A stretch of DNA of 64,000 nt from Paraspadella gotoi (Eukaryota > Animalia > Chaetognatha), in NCBI GenBank assembly GCA_051294375.1, contig CM119266.1, positions 6,093,431 through 6,157,430 on the forward strand. The letters run 5' to 3'. Made by a program: the position numbers and the translations under genes. This document shows positions 1 to 13,400 of this stretch, piece by piece. Under the pieces are notes generated by a model that was not told the origin of the DNA, ran no database searches, and was given only the letters and a program-made list of their open reading frames with translations. Each line of letters starts with the position of its first letter. Positions within the stretch are counted from its first letter, which is position 1.

Positions 1-669
1 AATTCAGTTTCACTTTAGGAAGAAGAATTTCATGGAGAGATGAATAAACAAAACTGGAGAAGTGGAGATAATTGATTGTAGAAGAAGTTTATTTTGAGTT
101 TATTTTACATTTTAAATTGAATGTGTAGTAGAAACGTTACAAGATTACTTCCTCTCTGTAACTCTACTAAAGATTGGCTGCAACCTAAAATAACAACAAC
201 AACAAAATTTACTGAATGATTCATAGTCTACGTGAATAGGAGAAGAAATGAAATCGTCATTCCTCCGAATTGAAGATTTTCTGGGCGGAAATCGAAAATA
301 TCCCGCAATTGACTTCATTTGCAGATTCACTCCGATCTAAATGGACCGAGTCGTAAATTGAGCCGGTAGAGGATCGATTGCCTTGCTGATGGACACCTGA
401 TGGTCGTAATTAAGGGTGGACGGCGGCCAACGAGGCTGAGGCTCGGATAGATCCGACAAAAAAAAAGAGAGAGGATCTCTCATCGTCACAGTACGAATCT
501 CATCTTCTCTTTCCATTGATTGCTCATACCATGCACACGGTGGAATCTACNNNNNNNNNNNNNNNNNNNNNNNNNNNNNNNNNNNNNNNNNNNNNNNNNN
601 NNNNNNNNNNNNNNNNNNNNNNNNNNNNNNNNNNNNNNNNNNNNNNNNNNNNNNNNNNNNNNNNNNNNN

Positions 670-699
<30 letters not shown>

Positions 700-703
<4 letters not shown>

Positions 704-1410
704 GAATGAAAAGAGTGAAAATATTGATGATATCGTTGTCTCTATTGATGTCATTCCTGATGCTCTCAATATCGATTGCATCTAAGACGTTTCCGATGGC
801 ATAAATGACAACGTTGAAAATGCCATCAATGACAACCTTGCAGAGGCTATTAATGAAAACGTTGCAATTGCCATTTATGACAACATTGCAGGTACCATTA
901 ATGATAACGTTGCAGAGGCCATTAATGTCGATGTTAAATTTGCCATCAATGACAACCTTGCAGTTGCCATTTATGACAAAATTGCAGATGCTATCAATGA
1001 CAACGTTGAAAACGCCATCAATGACGTTGCAGATGCCATCTCTTTGATGTCGTCGCTGAATCCATACTTAATCCTCCCTTTAATTCATTCGGCGAATCTT
1101 CGCTGCCTCGAAAACTTGGTTGGGTGGCAATTCGTCTTCGTCATCATCTTTGTCATTAATCTTTCTTATCATCTTCGTCATCATCTTCGTCATCGTCTTC
1201 ATTGCGGTCCTCGTCGTTTTCGTTTTCGTATTCGTCTTCATAGTCGTCGTCGTTGTGGTCTCTGTTTTGGTCGTCGTCGTAATCATCTTCATTGTCGTCC
1301 TGGTCATCGTATTCATCATTATCTTTCTTGTGGTTTTCCTCGTCTTCTTCATCGTTGTCATTGTGGTCGTTGTCATCATTCTCATCGTTATCACTTTCGG
1401 TGTAGTCTCG

Positions 1411-1456
<46 letters not shown>

Positions 1457-1540
1457 TATTCGTCGTCGTCGTCGTGAGTTCCGTCATAAGCTTCTTGTAA
1501 TTTGCTAAGAGCTCAAATATTAATCGTAATAAGCCTCTCA
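700..1540 (-). other. Possible low-complexity coding region: Asp/Glu-rich tract followed by a 24-nt (octapeptide) tandem repeat
   Basis: The minus frame reads DDRDYTESDNDENDD...EDDDEDD with varied codons, broken by a frameshift and stops near 1160-1065. It is followed by ~10 copies of a 24-nt unit (plus strand GCCATCAATGACAACGTTGCAGAT-like). Confidence 0.3.
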
Positions 1541-1753
1541 TAGTGAGAATCGATTCTCTCCGAGGTCATACGAAGTTATTTTTAGAAATGCGGAATTGCG
1601 ATGAACCCAATTTGAACCAAAATGTGGATCAGTCCTAATTGAATATAAACGTCCCGTTTATTTTCTGAGCTGAGTAAATAATTTTATCAGCAGAAATCAT
1701 TGTAGAAATTATCACTTGTATTTCAAAAGTTATAGTCTGTGAGCAACCGACGA

Positions 1754-1836
<83 letters not shown>

Positions 1837-2639
1837 CTTTCTATGTCTCACTCCTCCTATCTCGATGTATCTTTTTCTATCTTTCTATCTTTTTTTCTCT
1901 ATTTNNNNNNNNNNNNNNNNNNNNNNNNNNNNNNNNNNNNNNNNNNNNNNNNNNNNNNNNNNNNNNNNNNNNNNNNNNNNNNNNNNNNNNNNNNNNNNNN
2001 NNNNNNNNNNNNNNNNNNNNNNNNNNNNNNNNNNNNNNNNNNNNNNNNNNNNNNNNNNNNNNNNNNNNNNNNNNNNNNNNNNNNNNNNTCTCTCTCTATT
2101 TCGCTTTTAATCTCTCTTTTCCTGATGCAATTCAAAAATTATTGAAGGAACAACAAGGGATTCAATAACACTACCAATAAAATTAGTTTTTCTACATGTT
2201 TTGCGAGAACGGTTTTTTAAAAAAATATTATTAAGTACGTATATACCTAATTAGTTACTTATTCTTTACAAACATCCCTGATTTACAAATAAAAATTATT
2301 ACCTTAAAAAAACTTTAAATACTAAAAAAAAAGAAGATAATCTAAATCATGAAAACATTTAAATTCATACAATTCATATTTACCTGATATTATACTTTCT
2401 CGAAGGTCAAGCGTTATTCTTCCGTCGTTCGTTTTATTTCCTATTGTTTATTAATTGTTTTTATTATCCTATATTTCGATATATAAACGATTCTATTTAA
2501 AATACAAAACAACAGATTAAAAATGGAGAGAGAGTTTTTTTTTTTTTGTTTTTTTTAACAAAAAAAAATATGAGGAGTCGGAAACGAATGAAGAAAAATC
2601 AGTTGGAATCATGAACGAGGCATCCGTTTGTCTGCAACA

Positions 2640-2679
<40 letters not shown>

Positions 2680-2717
2680 TTGTTTCCTTTTTCGTTTCAG
2701 CGTCTGCGGTCTCCCCC

Positions 2718-2750
<33 letters not shown>

Positions 2751-2917
2751 TTGGCGGGGGGAAAAGCCCGGCGTCTGCCTCGTCTCCGCGGCGCCTTCCG
2801 GATGCGGACGCACTCTTCCAGCCGACGTCCCCGCCGAAATCAGCCGTCGCCATACCGGAAGGTTCTTAATATGCTAATGAGGTTTGAAGAGTGCCACGCC
2901 GATCGCAGGACGCCGGT

Positions 2918-2972
<55 letters not shown>

Positions 2973-3894
2973 AGAGTAAGAGAAAGACAGAGAGAGACAG
3001 TAGAGAGATGGAAAAGCGCCATGCCCAACCGATGAGAGGAGGAGGAGGAGGAGAGGAGGAGGAGGAGGAAGAAAAGAAGGGTTTGTTGATGATGGCTGCA
3101 GAAAGGAGGAACTCTGTTGGATCCCGATTTGCCATTGCTGTCGTCGTCGTTGCAGGTTGGAGGCGACAGAGGGTTGTGACGGTTGATTGAATACGGATCT
3201 CTTGATTGATCATTGGTTGATTGGTTGATTGATTATGAGCTATGGAAGAATTGGTTCTAAGTTTAGATTTTCTCTATTCATTAGCTCACTTCATGTTTAG
3301 GGATTTTATATTTTTATTACTTACTTAATACGATCGTTATAAATTTAATATTCACTCAATAATTAGGGTAGACCATTGATGGGCTATGGTGTTTTAAGGC
3401 CTACATGCCTATAATAAGATATCAAGACATATCAAAACCTTGCAAACTTTATAATAATTAGTGCTTACGTACTTGCTCATTAGAGAATAGGGAAGTTGTA
3501 TAATATTTTTTGAAATATTTCAATATATAAAAATCGACGAAAATAATTTTATTCGGACTTGTGATATAATAATTATTTTAATTTTAATATATTATTATTA
3601 AAATCTTCATAGGCATAGTATTTATGACTGATAGGTACTTTTCAGACTTAGTCGAACCAACTACGTACGACCTTACGTGTTCTATACATTTTTATTGATA
3701 TACATATTTTAATAAGTCGAGAATATTATTCTTTTCGACCGGTGACTCTTTCGAGTTGTGAACCGGTGAAGACGGAGGCGTGAGTCGAGGAATCACGTGA
3801 CTCACAACCGGTGACGTCATTTGTGACTCAATTCCGGGGTCGTCGTCGTCGTTTTTGTCGTTGTTGTTGTTGTTGTTGTTTTCATTGTTGAGAA

Positions 3895-3910
3895 TCTCTC
3901 TCTCTCTTCT

Positions 3911-3946
<36 letters not shown>

Positions 3947-3980
3947 TCTCTCTCTCCTCTCTCTCTCCTCTTCTCTCTCT

Positions 3981-4070
<90 letters not shown>

Positions 4071-4137
4071 TTCTCTTCTCTCGTCTTCCTCTTTCTCTCT
4101 CTTTTCCTCTCTCCTCTCTCTCTCTCTCTCTCTTCTA

Positions 4138-4176
<39 letters not shown>

Positions 4177-4289
4177 TCTCTTTTCTCTCTCTCTCCTCTC
4201 TCCTCTCTCCTCTCTCCTCTCCCCCTCTCTCTCTCTCTCTCTCTCTCTCACCCTCTTCTCTCTCTTCCTCTCTCTCTCTCTCTCTCTCT
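3895..4289. repeat. (TC)n microsatellite, the largest of many GA/TC tracts
   Basis: Seen directly; similar tracts at ~1757, 2921, 8353, 20875, 25994, 52850, 57850, 62415, 62697 and 63868, plus (TTTC)n at ~59390-59508. Confidence 0.95.
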
Positions 4290-4380
4290 GCGTCGGGAAA
4301 GCGAGACGTTACTAGTAAAACCGCGCCAGTGGCAGGGGGCGCCACTGAGGGTCCGAAGCCCCATAGAGGCATTACAGGAC
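4286..4380 (+). mobile_element. Diverged, truncated family-A LTR-like copy (twister core)
   Basis: AAAGCGAGAC..AACCGCGCCAGTG..CACTGAGGGTC.GAAGCCCC aligns to the core of 38337-38592. Confidence 0.7.
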
Positions 4381-5499
4381 ATTCATTGTAATCCAATTCT
4401 GAGAATTAAAAGTCAGGCTTTTTACGTTCAACGTTGAAATTTTAGTCTAAATTTGAGAGGGGTAATTTTATTTCTTTCTCCGAAAAAGATTTTAATTTTT
4501 GCGAAAACGATCCAAGCGAATTTATACATATTCTGATCAAATAATTTCCTATTCTGTTAATGTTAATATGGTTGACTTTTGATCCTTGATTCTCCTATCT
4601 GTAAGCGATGATCAGTTTCGCAATATATCGCTGTACTCTGCAGCTATATGCGCATCGAATTACCAGCAGAACAAAAGAGCAATCGATTTTCTATAGACGA
4701 CGTAATCGAGAGATGTCGCTTTAAGCCAAATAAGTAAAGATTTGTAGAGAAAAACAAAAGACTTAGGATTAATCACATTTGAGAAATTCGTTCTCAAAAT
4801 ATCCCAATTGAGCTTGAATTTAAAAGTAACACTTTTTGAAATCACTTCAACTTTGAAATGCAAAAAATACTGTGAAATTGGTACAATTATTTTATAATAT
4901 TTTATTCATTAAAAAAAAACAGGCTGTGTTATTACTTAAATTTTCTTTTTTTCTTCAACTCTTCTACCAAAATTACTGGTCAAGGATACGATTTATATAA
5001 AACATAAGAAAATGAAACAATTTTAAGGCTGGAAACTTTTAAATGCTAATGAAATTACAGGACATTACTCGACAATATTTAGGAAGCAGTGAGAGAACGA
5101 GAAATAGAGAGATATATATAGACAGACAGAAAAAGCATGACAAAAATAAATACCCTGTGGACGCAACAAGTTTCAGAGTAAGAATGATTTATTCTCCAAC
5201 AAAGTAAAATATCAATAACAGTCAAAAATCTCAGATGCTAAATCTATAACAATGGTATTTACAAGGTCAACGTTCGACAATAAAGAGAAGAGCAAACAAT
5301 CGAGGGTAAGGTTGAAATAAGGTCAAATGGTTTGACCGAGGTTGAGTGTTGTTGTTCGTCCACAACCCCGTCAAATTACCTTAATCTCCCTTTAATCCTT
5401 CTCGAACTTTCTAGAACTTTCATCGTAAATTTTTCTCTTTACCCAAGTTTGTAAAAGTGCACCTATTGGTCAGGATTAAGTTTTTTAAAACTTTTAACT

Positions 5500-6010
5500 T
5501 TGTTTACAAAGTAGAGAGTTTTTTTAATTTTCTTTTAACAACGATTTTTTTTAATTAATAACAACAACGATATTAACACAATTGTTAAATAGAAAAACAG
5601 CAACAGTATAAATAAAAGCAATTTTTTTTTAAGGTTATAAACTAACAACGATTTATTTTTAATTCGGACATGTTTCGGTACTTATTCGAACCTTCATCAC
5701 CTTTACGATGTAAACAAACTTGCGTTGATGAAAGTTCGAATAGGAACCGAAACATGTCCGAATTAAAAATAAATCGTTGTTAAAAGAAAATTAAAAAACT
5801 CTCTACTTTGTAAACAAAATTCACAATACAACGAAAAAGAAAGAAAATTAAACAAACAATTAAACAATTAAACAAAATTTACAATACAACGAAAAAGAAA
5901 GGAAATTAAACAATTATGCAAAACTTTTAACTTTTAAACTTTTAAAACAACAAATGTCAAAAAGCGCTGAGTGATGAAGGCTCGAAAATATAGTCGAAAC
6001 ATGTATTACG
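5500..6010. mobile_element. Penelope-like element remnant: inverted pseudo-LTR arms with three minimal hammerhead-like motifs
   Basis: Inverted repeat 5644-5699 versus 5726-5782, extended by 5500-5550 versus 5765-5818. Motifs TGATGA-stem-GAAACATGT(C/A) at 5666-5700 (-), 5725-5758 (+) and 5971-6005 (+). Confidence 0.6.
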
Positions 6011-6228
6011 TCTTTGAAAATAATAATCGTTGTTAGTAAACTTTGCAATAAAAACTTTTTTGTTAAAAACAGCAGATGAAAAAATCTCAAGGAGAGATCT
6101 CATTTGATCATTAATCATTTTTCTTGTATATTTAATGGAAAAGTACAACTTTTTTTATTATAAACATTTTCCAAATTTTTCAAATGACACAAGTTATTGC
6201 ACTCAGGTTAAATTCGAATAGAAGTTTT

Positions 6229-6442
6229 TATGGTGGACTAAAATCCACCAACCGTTCTCCAGTGGCCATTGGTGCCGGAGGCAAGTCATTCGCCTCCCAA
6301 CCCGGTGGCCGTCCTAGCAGTAAAGAGGGACGGGGCGCTTTACCCGCCTGTAACACGGTGTTACAGCCTGATCCGAAGCTCAGGGACTCCTTATATTGAA
6401 CAGTTCTGTCATTAACATATAACAATAATTACTGTCTCTTCA
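6229..6442 (+). mobile_element. Family-B solo LTR (twister site mutated TAA to TTA)
   Basis: TATGG...TTCA termini, TSD TTTT/TTTT, homologous to 44574-44805 and 47116-47319. Confidence 0.85.
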
Positions 6443-7450
6443 TTTTTTACTTTCCCGTTATTTTATGTTGTGCATCTTTAAAATAATTAAAATTAATATT
6501 GCTATTTAATACTTCAATAAAATTTTAACTTAACGTATGATATTTTCATTGGAATCAGAAAAAGTCAACAGAATAGTGGAATTAATGGTGGACCCTAATA
6601 GGCCTAAAATTATGTTCCTTAAAATTCCAAATGACGAAAGGAGGGACAAACGTTTCAACCCTAAGTCGTCATGACAACATAAAAAAAAACAAGAGTAAGA
6701 CCAGGATGTCCCGTCGGACCCGGATGTCGCCACGAAGTCGGACGGAGACGCGACACACGACTATGCGTAGTATGCGTACGAATACGATTTTTCTTCCTCC
6801 TCTTCCTTCCCCTATCGCTCTGCTTATCATGTTCCCCATTCCACGATAATTAATTACATTATTAAGTCTGAATTTATACTACTCCCCCTCCCTCCGGACG
6901 AAATACGCATCGCCAAGCGAAATTCGAAGACCCAAAGTTAAACGAATTTCAAGTTTCGTGATCAGTAAACTTTTTTTTGAAAACTGAGGAAATAAAGGAA
7001 ACAGAGATTAAGCTCCCACTCAAAAAAAAAAAAGGAAAAAAAATTGCTTTCCGTAATTAGGAAAAAAAATATCGGTCTTTTTTTTCGTAGCACATTTATT
7101 TCGTTGTTGTTGTTGTTTGATTGTCATGATTGTCGTTAGTAGAAAATGTAAATTGACTACTAATATGTCAATCGAATTTTAGAGAGTAATAAATTTAATT
7201 GATTAAATTTAATTGAATAAATTTAATTGAATAAATTTAATTGACTAAATTTAATTGATTAAATTTAATTGAATAAATTTAATTGATTAAATTTAATTGA
7301 TTATGCAATGACAGCGAGACAGGAATCTACATCATAAAATGGCGGCTCAATACTACTAAATATATTTTCTCCTCAAAAGTGTAATATCTTTATTATATAT
7401 TTAATAAAGGGACGTAAAGGTTCGTGACAACAAATAATATTTCTCAAGAA

Positions 7451-7515
7451 GGACCGGGTTCGAACCCGCCAGCCACCGCACGTCGATTCTAACTCGAAAA
7501 CTCTCGGCCAACCGA
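7451..7515 (-). mobile_element. Degenerate tRNA-like or SINE head
   Basis: A-box-like TGGCCGAGAG and B box GGTTCGAACCC at plausible spacing; no intact cloverleaf. Confidence 0.35.
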
Positions 7516-8363
7516 AACCCCCTTACGTTTCTCCCTGGGATCAGGGGGGGGGAAATAAGGGGGGGGGGAGTTAGAGTTGAGAGTCCAAAACGGGGGGCAT
7601 CCCGCATCGAGCGAAAAATCGAACATGTGGCCCGCTGCACGCAAATAAGGGGAGAGGAGGAAGAGGAAGAGTAAAGGTAAGGGCAGGAGGAAGAGGAGGA
7701 GGAAAATACGTGAAATACGCGATTAAAGAAGGTTTGTGTGTGTGTAGAGTTGCATCTGTGTGGATGAGGAAGCGGGAGATATATTTTTTTTTCTCAAACA
7801 AACCCGTAAACGTTTTACTTTTTTTTTTTACTTTTGTTTATTTTTTGCGATAATTTATTTATTTTCGAAGGTGATTTACTTCGCTACTTTGCCGCGGTCG
7901 CCCTGGGAACGAGGCGATTATGTGACCGGCACTAAATCTGACGAGGAAAATAAATGCGTCATTTCATACTGCTACATTTATTTGATCGTCAAGTACGAAT
8001 TATAAATGCTCGAAAAACTGAATGCATTTTTTATAGTATAAAAGAAACTGAAATCAGTATGCAAAATTACAAAAAAAAACAAAACAAATAGCGGATATTA
8101 TCTACTTTACGACCATTTAATCTAATTTAGAAAATCCGCCAAGATGAATAAAACAGCTATAAAAGCAAAAATAAATGTTAAAAGCAAAAGCAAAGAAAAT
8201 AAATGTGCCACAAAAAGGAAGTAAAATAAATCCTGGAAATAAAATATTTTAATCCGAATTAAGAGAAAATAAATTTAATAAATCCTCCAAAGTTTCAAAC
8301 TAAGCAAATCAGCCGAAATGAAGTTTTTTTGTTTTTTTTTGGTAGAAGGGTAAGAGAGAGAAA

Positions 8364-8456
<93 letters not shown>

Positions 8457-8530
8457 TCGTTGAGTGGCAGTCACGTCGTCCTTCCTTATCGACGCTTTTT
8501 CCATCTCCGCCTCCAGGAGACAAATCGGAA

Positions 8531-8565
<35 letters not shown>

Positions 8566-10409
8566 TTTCTCTTGATTTTAATTGATTGTCTTAGGATTAA
8601 AAGGCGATAATCATTATCAACTAATTTTATCTTTAGCTTCTTGAAAAAAAAAATTGTCGTTCGAGTGCAGAGACCGCGATACCGAATCAGTATTTCTCGT
8701 CGAAAACTTTGATTTATCTATTTTTGTGATTTTCAACAATGTTAAATTTTATAGGGGGGAAATTTTTAAAAAACAATGAAGATACAACTTTAAAACTTTC
8801 AAATAGATATTTTGAAATGTTATACTCATTATAAAAACATATAAAGATGTGTGTCATATATTTTTATTTAAAAAAGTTTTAAAATTCTCATTTTAAACTG
8901 CATTCCACGAGACCGACTCATGCCCGTTGGATCTGCGATAAATTATAATATCGGAGACAAATCAAACTCGATATTAAAAATCCGACTCCAAAAATGGCAG
9001 AAATGGATCATAAATTGACGATTAATTTCGTCGTAAATGAATTAAACTCGAGTTTTTGACAATAAAAACGATGATAAAGACTTTCTGATTTTTAACTAAA
9101 TCGAAAAATTGTTTTTAAGAAATTATAAAACTAGTAGTAAACCTAAAATAATGCTTAATTTAAGTATATTTATATTTTTGAGTTTAAATGATACCGAAGT
9201 CTCGATGTAAGCGGACAAAATTTCACCTTTAATGAACATTTTTTAAAAATTTAAACAATTAATAATCTTGAAAGCAAAAAGATATAAACTATCGAATGTT
9301 CTCTCCCTTCACCCGGTTGCTAAGCGACGAAACGCGGACGACTCGCGCTCTCTCTCGCTTCTCTCCCCGAATTCTTTTCCCGAACACAAGGTCTTCGCTT
9401 GGTTGGAGAACAGAGTCGCCGATCCAATCCAACCCAGACTCGGATTATTCGTTTTCTCTTAATTTCGACCCAATTATCTTCCTCAAAATCTGGACCCAAA
9501 ACCATTATTTCCACTCTCGCTAAATACCGCAACGCCTACGGTTTCGAATTATTATTTCTTTTCTAAATTTGTCGAAATAGCATCACGTAATTAATTTTAG
9601 TTCTTTGCGAAAATATGGGCTGAAAGAACTTCCGTATTTTTTAATGTTTCCTTTTCCTGCCCTGAGATTGTTTGCACTGTTTAGCCAATTTCGAACATTG
9701 TTCTCATTTCTGCGAAATTTGTTTTCATTGTTTCGTCGGAGCAAAATACAAAATAATGCGCGGGAAGATTCGAATCTCTCGACATTGATATTCCGCTTAC
9801 TCAACTCATATCCATGAATGCCATACTTTTAAACATACTGGAAACGTTATTGCCCTTTTTTTATGTTTCTTCGATAAACGCTCTCGAGGTAAAAATTTTT
9901 GTAGGTTTATACTCTTAAACACCGGAAAAACTGGTTTTTTCTGTAATGAACGAATTATCGATTTTAATCTTACAGTATTTATTATATTTTCAGTTAATTG
10001 AAATAGTGCTTCGTCGTGCACAGAGGTTTATTCTACTTCGAAATTCTAAAAACCAAAAAAAAAAAAGATACTTATAATCGTTCATATCTTTGGTCGGACT
10101 TAAAAGTGCTCTTCTTATTTATCTCTCAGTGGTTTTCTTATCTAAAAATTGTTCTCTTTTTTTTTTCACGACTCCAGGCGAAAATCAAAAACCCGTAAAA
10201 TTAAAAAAAAACATCAAAAAACCGATTAGAGTTCGTGTCGCTCAAAACCAATGTCTTTGTCATCGTGTCCTTTGTCATCACTTTCGCCAAAACTGACATT
10301 TTAAAAGCCGCATTCTTCAAACTCATCGTGACCGACATCCTCGTTTTACCGACACTATGTCCAATTGTCCATGACCGACTAAACTAAAAAAAAAAAAAAG
10401 AAATCCCGG

Positions 10410-13400
10410 ATGTACGGATCTCGCTCCACTTCCGGTTGGACTCGCGACGCTAAATCCTTGGCCGGCGTCAATGGCGACGTCTCCGGCGGCGGCGGCCTCA
10501 GTGGCAGCAGCGGCGGCGTCAGGGGCGTGGCTCTCGACGCCGGCAGCGTCGCAAACGAATTTCTTCAGGGATTCAGACGAGTGGACGACGGGAGGTTGAA
10601 GACGGCGGGTGAGATGGCGGGAAAGTTGAAGAGTGATTTTGAAGGTTGTGAAGTGAGAATTGAAATGAGATGGAAGCTAAATTGCCCGTTTAGCTCAACA
10701 ATAGGCAATGATGTTTGATTATACAGTAATATTAATAATTTTTGGTCGATTTAAGTATGTATGAGTTTTGGGATGAGAATGGATTTCTTTTAGAATGGAA
10801 TCACAAAAGGACGTGTGACTCACATGTCACACCTCGACATTCTTGACTCATGACTTTTTCGCTTTTGTGATCAAGTCATTCGGTGAGACTACACACATAA
10901 CGGCCTTTTTATTCACAGCTTTCACGGTGGTCGATTCCGCCCACCATCTCACTTCACTCTCACCCGTCGTGTGAAAAAAAATAAAACTTTTAAAAATACA
11001 TTTAACGATCAAAACTCTTTGTTTATGATGTATGATATCTTCGTTACACACTATTCGAGTTCTATGCAGAAAAATCAGAAATAGTAAATAATTTGAATAA
11101 AATTATTACAGTTAGTCGTCCTCCAATATTTGGTGTCGGTCTGCCCGACTTTGTTGTCTGTTCCAACGCGCATAAAATTTCGTATTATTATTTTAATGCT
11201 CTCGATCTACATCTATTTGCTATTTAATTTTTGGCCGAATCTTTCTCGATGAATTAACCAACGTACCAAAAGACAAAGAAGTACCTACCATGAAAATAAA
11301 TTGAAATAAACTATTATTTTAATGCTCACTCTTAATCATTAGGAAATAATGTGCAAATGAGGTTCGAAGCGAGGCTCGTAAAAAATAACAAATGATCCGT
11401 CCACTGATTTTCAGACGACGACGACGTCAAATCTCAACCGGAAGTGACGTCAACTGAGGCGATGACGTCATCGAGTTTTATCAAATTGATGGAGGAAAAT
11501 CAAAGTCTGAAGGCGGAAGTTGGAAGGATGGAGTCGCTGTTGAAGGAGCACACCTTGCACAACTCGCTCGTCAGGTGAAAGAGAGAGAAAGACGGGGAAG
11601 AGAGAGAGAGAGAGAGAGAATTGAGATGAGATTGAAATTGAAATAATGATTAATTGTAAATAGCAGGGATAAAGAGGGGATATAATTCAAGTCGGATGAA
11701 AATGATTAAAAAAAGCCGTTACTAGAATATTTTAGGTTTTTACAAAAGATTCGACGGGAATGAAGATTTGCAGGTTTTGTCGCCGGTTTATTTTTAAGAG
11801 AATCCGAACTTAGGAGCTTGAATGCTCATTTTTTATCCTTTTATTCTTTTTTCTCCTGTTTTCTTCTTATCTTTTTATCTCGCCAGACGGGCTTAGGCTT
11901 AGGCTTAGGGCCGTCTTGGGCGAGATGTTCGCTTCTGTTTCTTTTTGACCGTCGTCGACGTTGTCGTTAAAATCACGCTTTTTTACAATTGAAAATTATA
12001 AAAGTTTGTAACCATAAGAAGCTAAAAATTTAGATATTTCTTCTAATCAGCAAGATTTTTTTAGATTCACATGTTTCATATTGCTACAATTATTTTTTAT
12101 GTTTTATTTACAAAACAATTGTATTGATTTATTTTTTTTTATAAAAACTACTACGAATTACGATTGTTTCTTATAAAAGTGTGATATCATAGGAAGCTAA
12201 AAATTTAGATATGGTTTCTCATCATCCCCACCCCCCACTAAACCAAAAAAAGGGAAACCTCGCCATCCCTTCAACTTCCCCTCTTACCGGTTGACAGGGT
12301 ACAACAAAAAAACCGGCTCACGTGACAATTCCCTCTTCGCATCTCCCCGATTAGGATTTTTTCGAATCTTTTCTTCGATTCATAGGACTTTTTAGTTGCG
12401 CCCCGAGTAATCGCGGAACAACTCTATAAGTCACTTTTCGGCCGGTCTTTCGGTCGATCTATTTTTTCTTGGTATTACAGAGATTCAAATATGAGCTCGG
12501 TAGTCTGTACTCGATGATAGCTTGAAAAGATATCTACTAGATAGTTTTCATGAAAAGACTTAACTCCATAAAACTGAACTAATGTTTCAAAACGCCACTT
12601 AAAATGGGTTTATACGCAAAATAACCTCGAGTCCAAATACATCAATCAATTACTATTACCTATTATTTCCTTTACGCTCTCCGCCTTTCCATCTTCCAGC
12701 ACTTAAATATTTCCTCTTTTACCGTCTCATTTTTACCCCAACCCTCTCTCTCCCTTCACTCCCTCTCCAGCCCCCTCGACGGCGCGCTGAAGACAGATTC
12801 CGAAGCCGATTCCATCGAATTCTCTTCGCTAACAAAAGAGCAGCTCGTGAGAATCAACGCGAGGCTGAGAAACAAGATGGAGGAGGAAAGCGCCAGCTAT
12901 CGGAGAAAATTGGAAAGTTTTCACGAGAGTCAACAACGACAGGCGCAACTCGTGCAGAAGCTGCAGTCAAAGGTTAATATATTTCCATTTATAAATATAT
13001 TTAAGTTTATTTTAAAGATATACATGAAAATGAAATGCATAGATTTCATTTTAAATAAATTGAAAGTGAACCGATAGAAGTAAGGGCCTAGGTAAGGAAA
13101 ACCTCAAAATTCTTGTGACAAATTGCAAAATGGGAAGCACAACTTTTCACCCGCCAATTTTCAAATAATACTCTTTTTTTATTATTACTTGTTTCATTTG
13201 TCTTTCCTATCTTAAACCATTTTCTTCACGACTGATCCAGGTGATCCAATACAAACGGAAATGCTCCGAGCTGGAGCAAACCCTGACGGACATCTCCGGA
13301 GAGCACGCTCGCTCTCGAACGGAGATGCGGGCGACGGCGACGACCCTGGCGGGCGAATTGGAAACTACGAACAAAAGACTAAACGAGATGAGCGATGATC

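Noticed and set aside
1044-1541. Poly-Arg, poly-Val and poly-Thr ORFs
   Set aside because: Alternative frames of a (GTC/GAC)n-rich tract; only the Asp/Glu frame looks possibly coding.
2599-3213. GC-rich minus-strand segments as a defined gene
   Set aside because: No consistent frame, splice chain or recognisable domain; interrupted by microsatellites.
3692-4396. Long ER/LS-rich ORFs here and at other GA/TC and TTTC tracts
   Set aside because: Translations of microsatellites.
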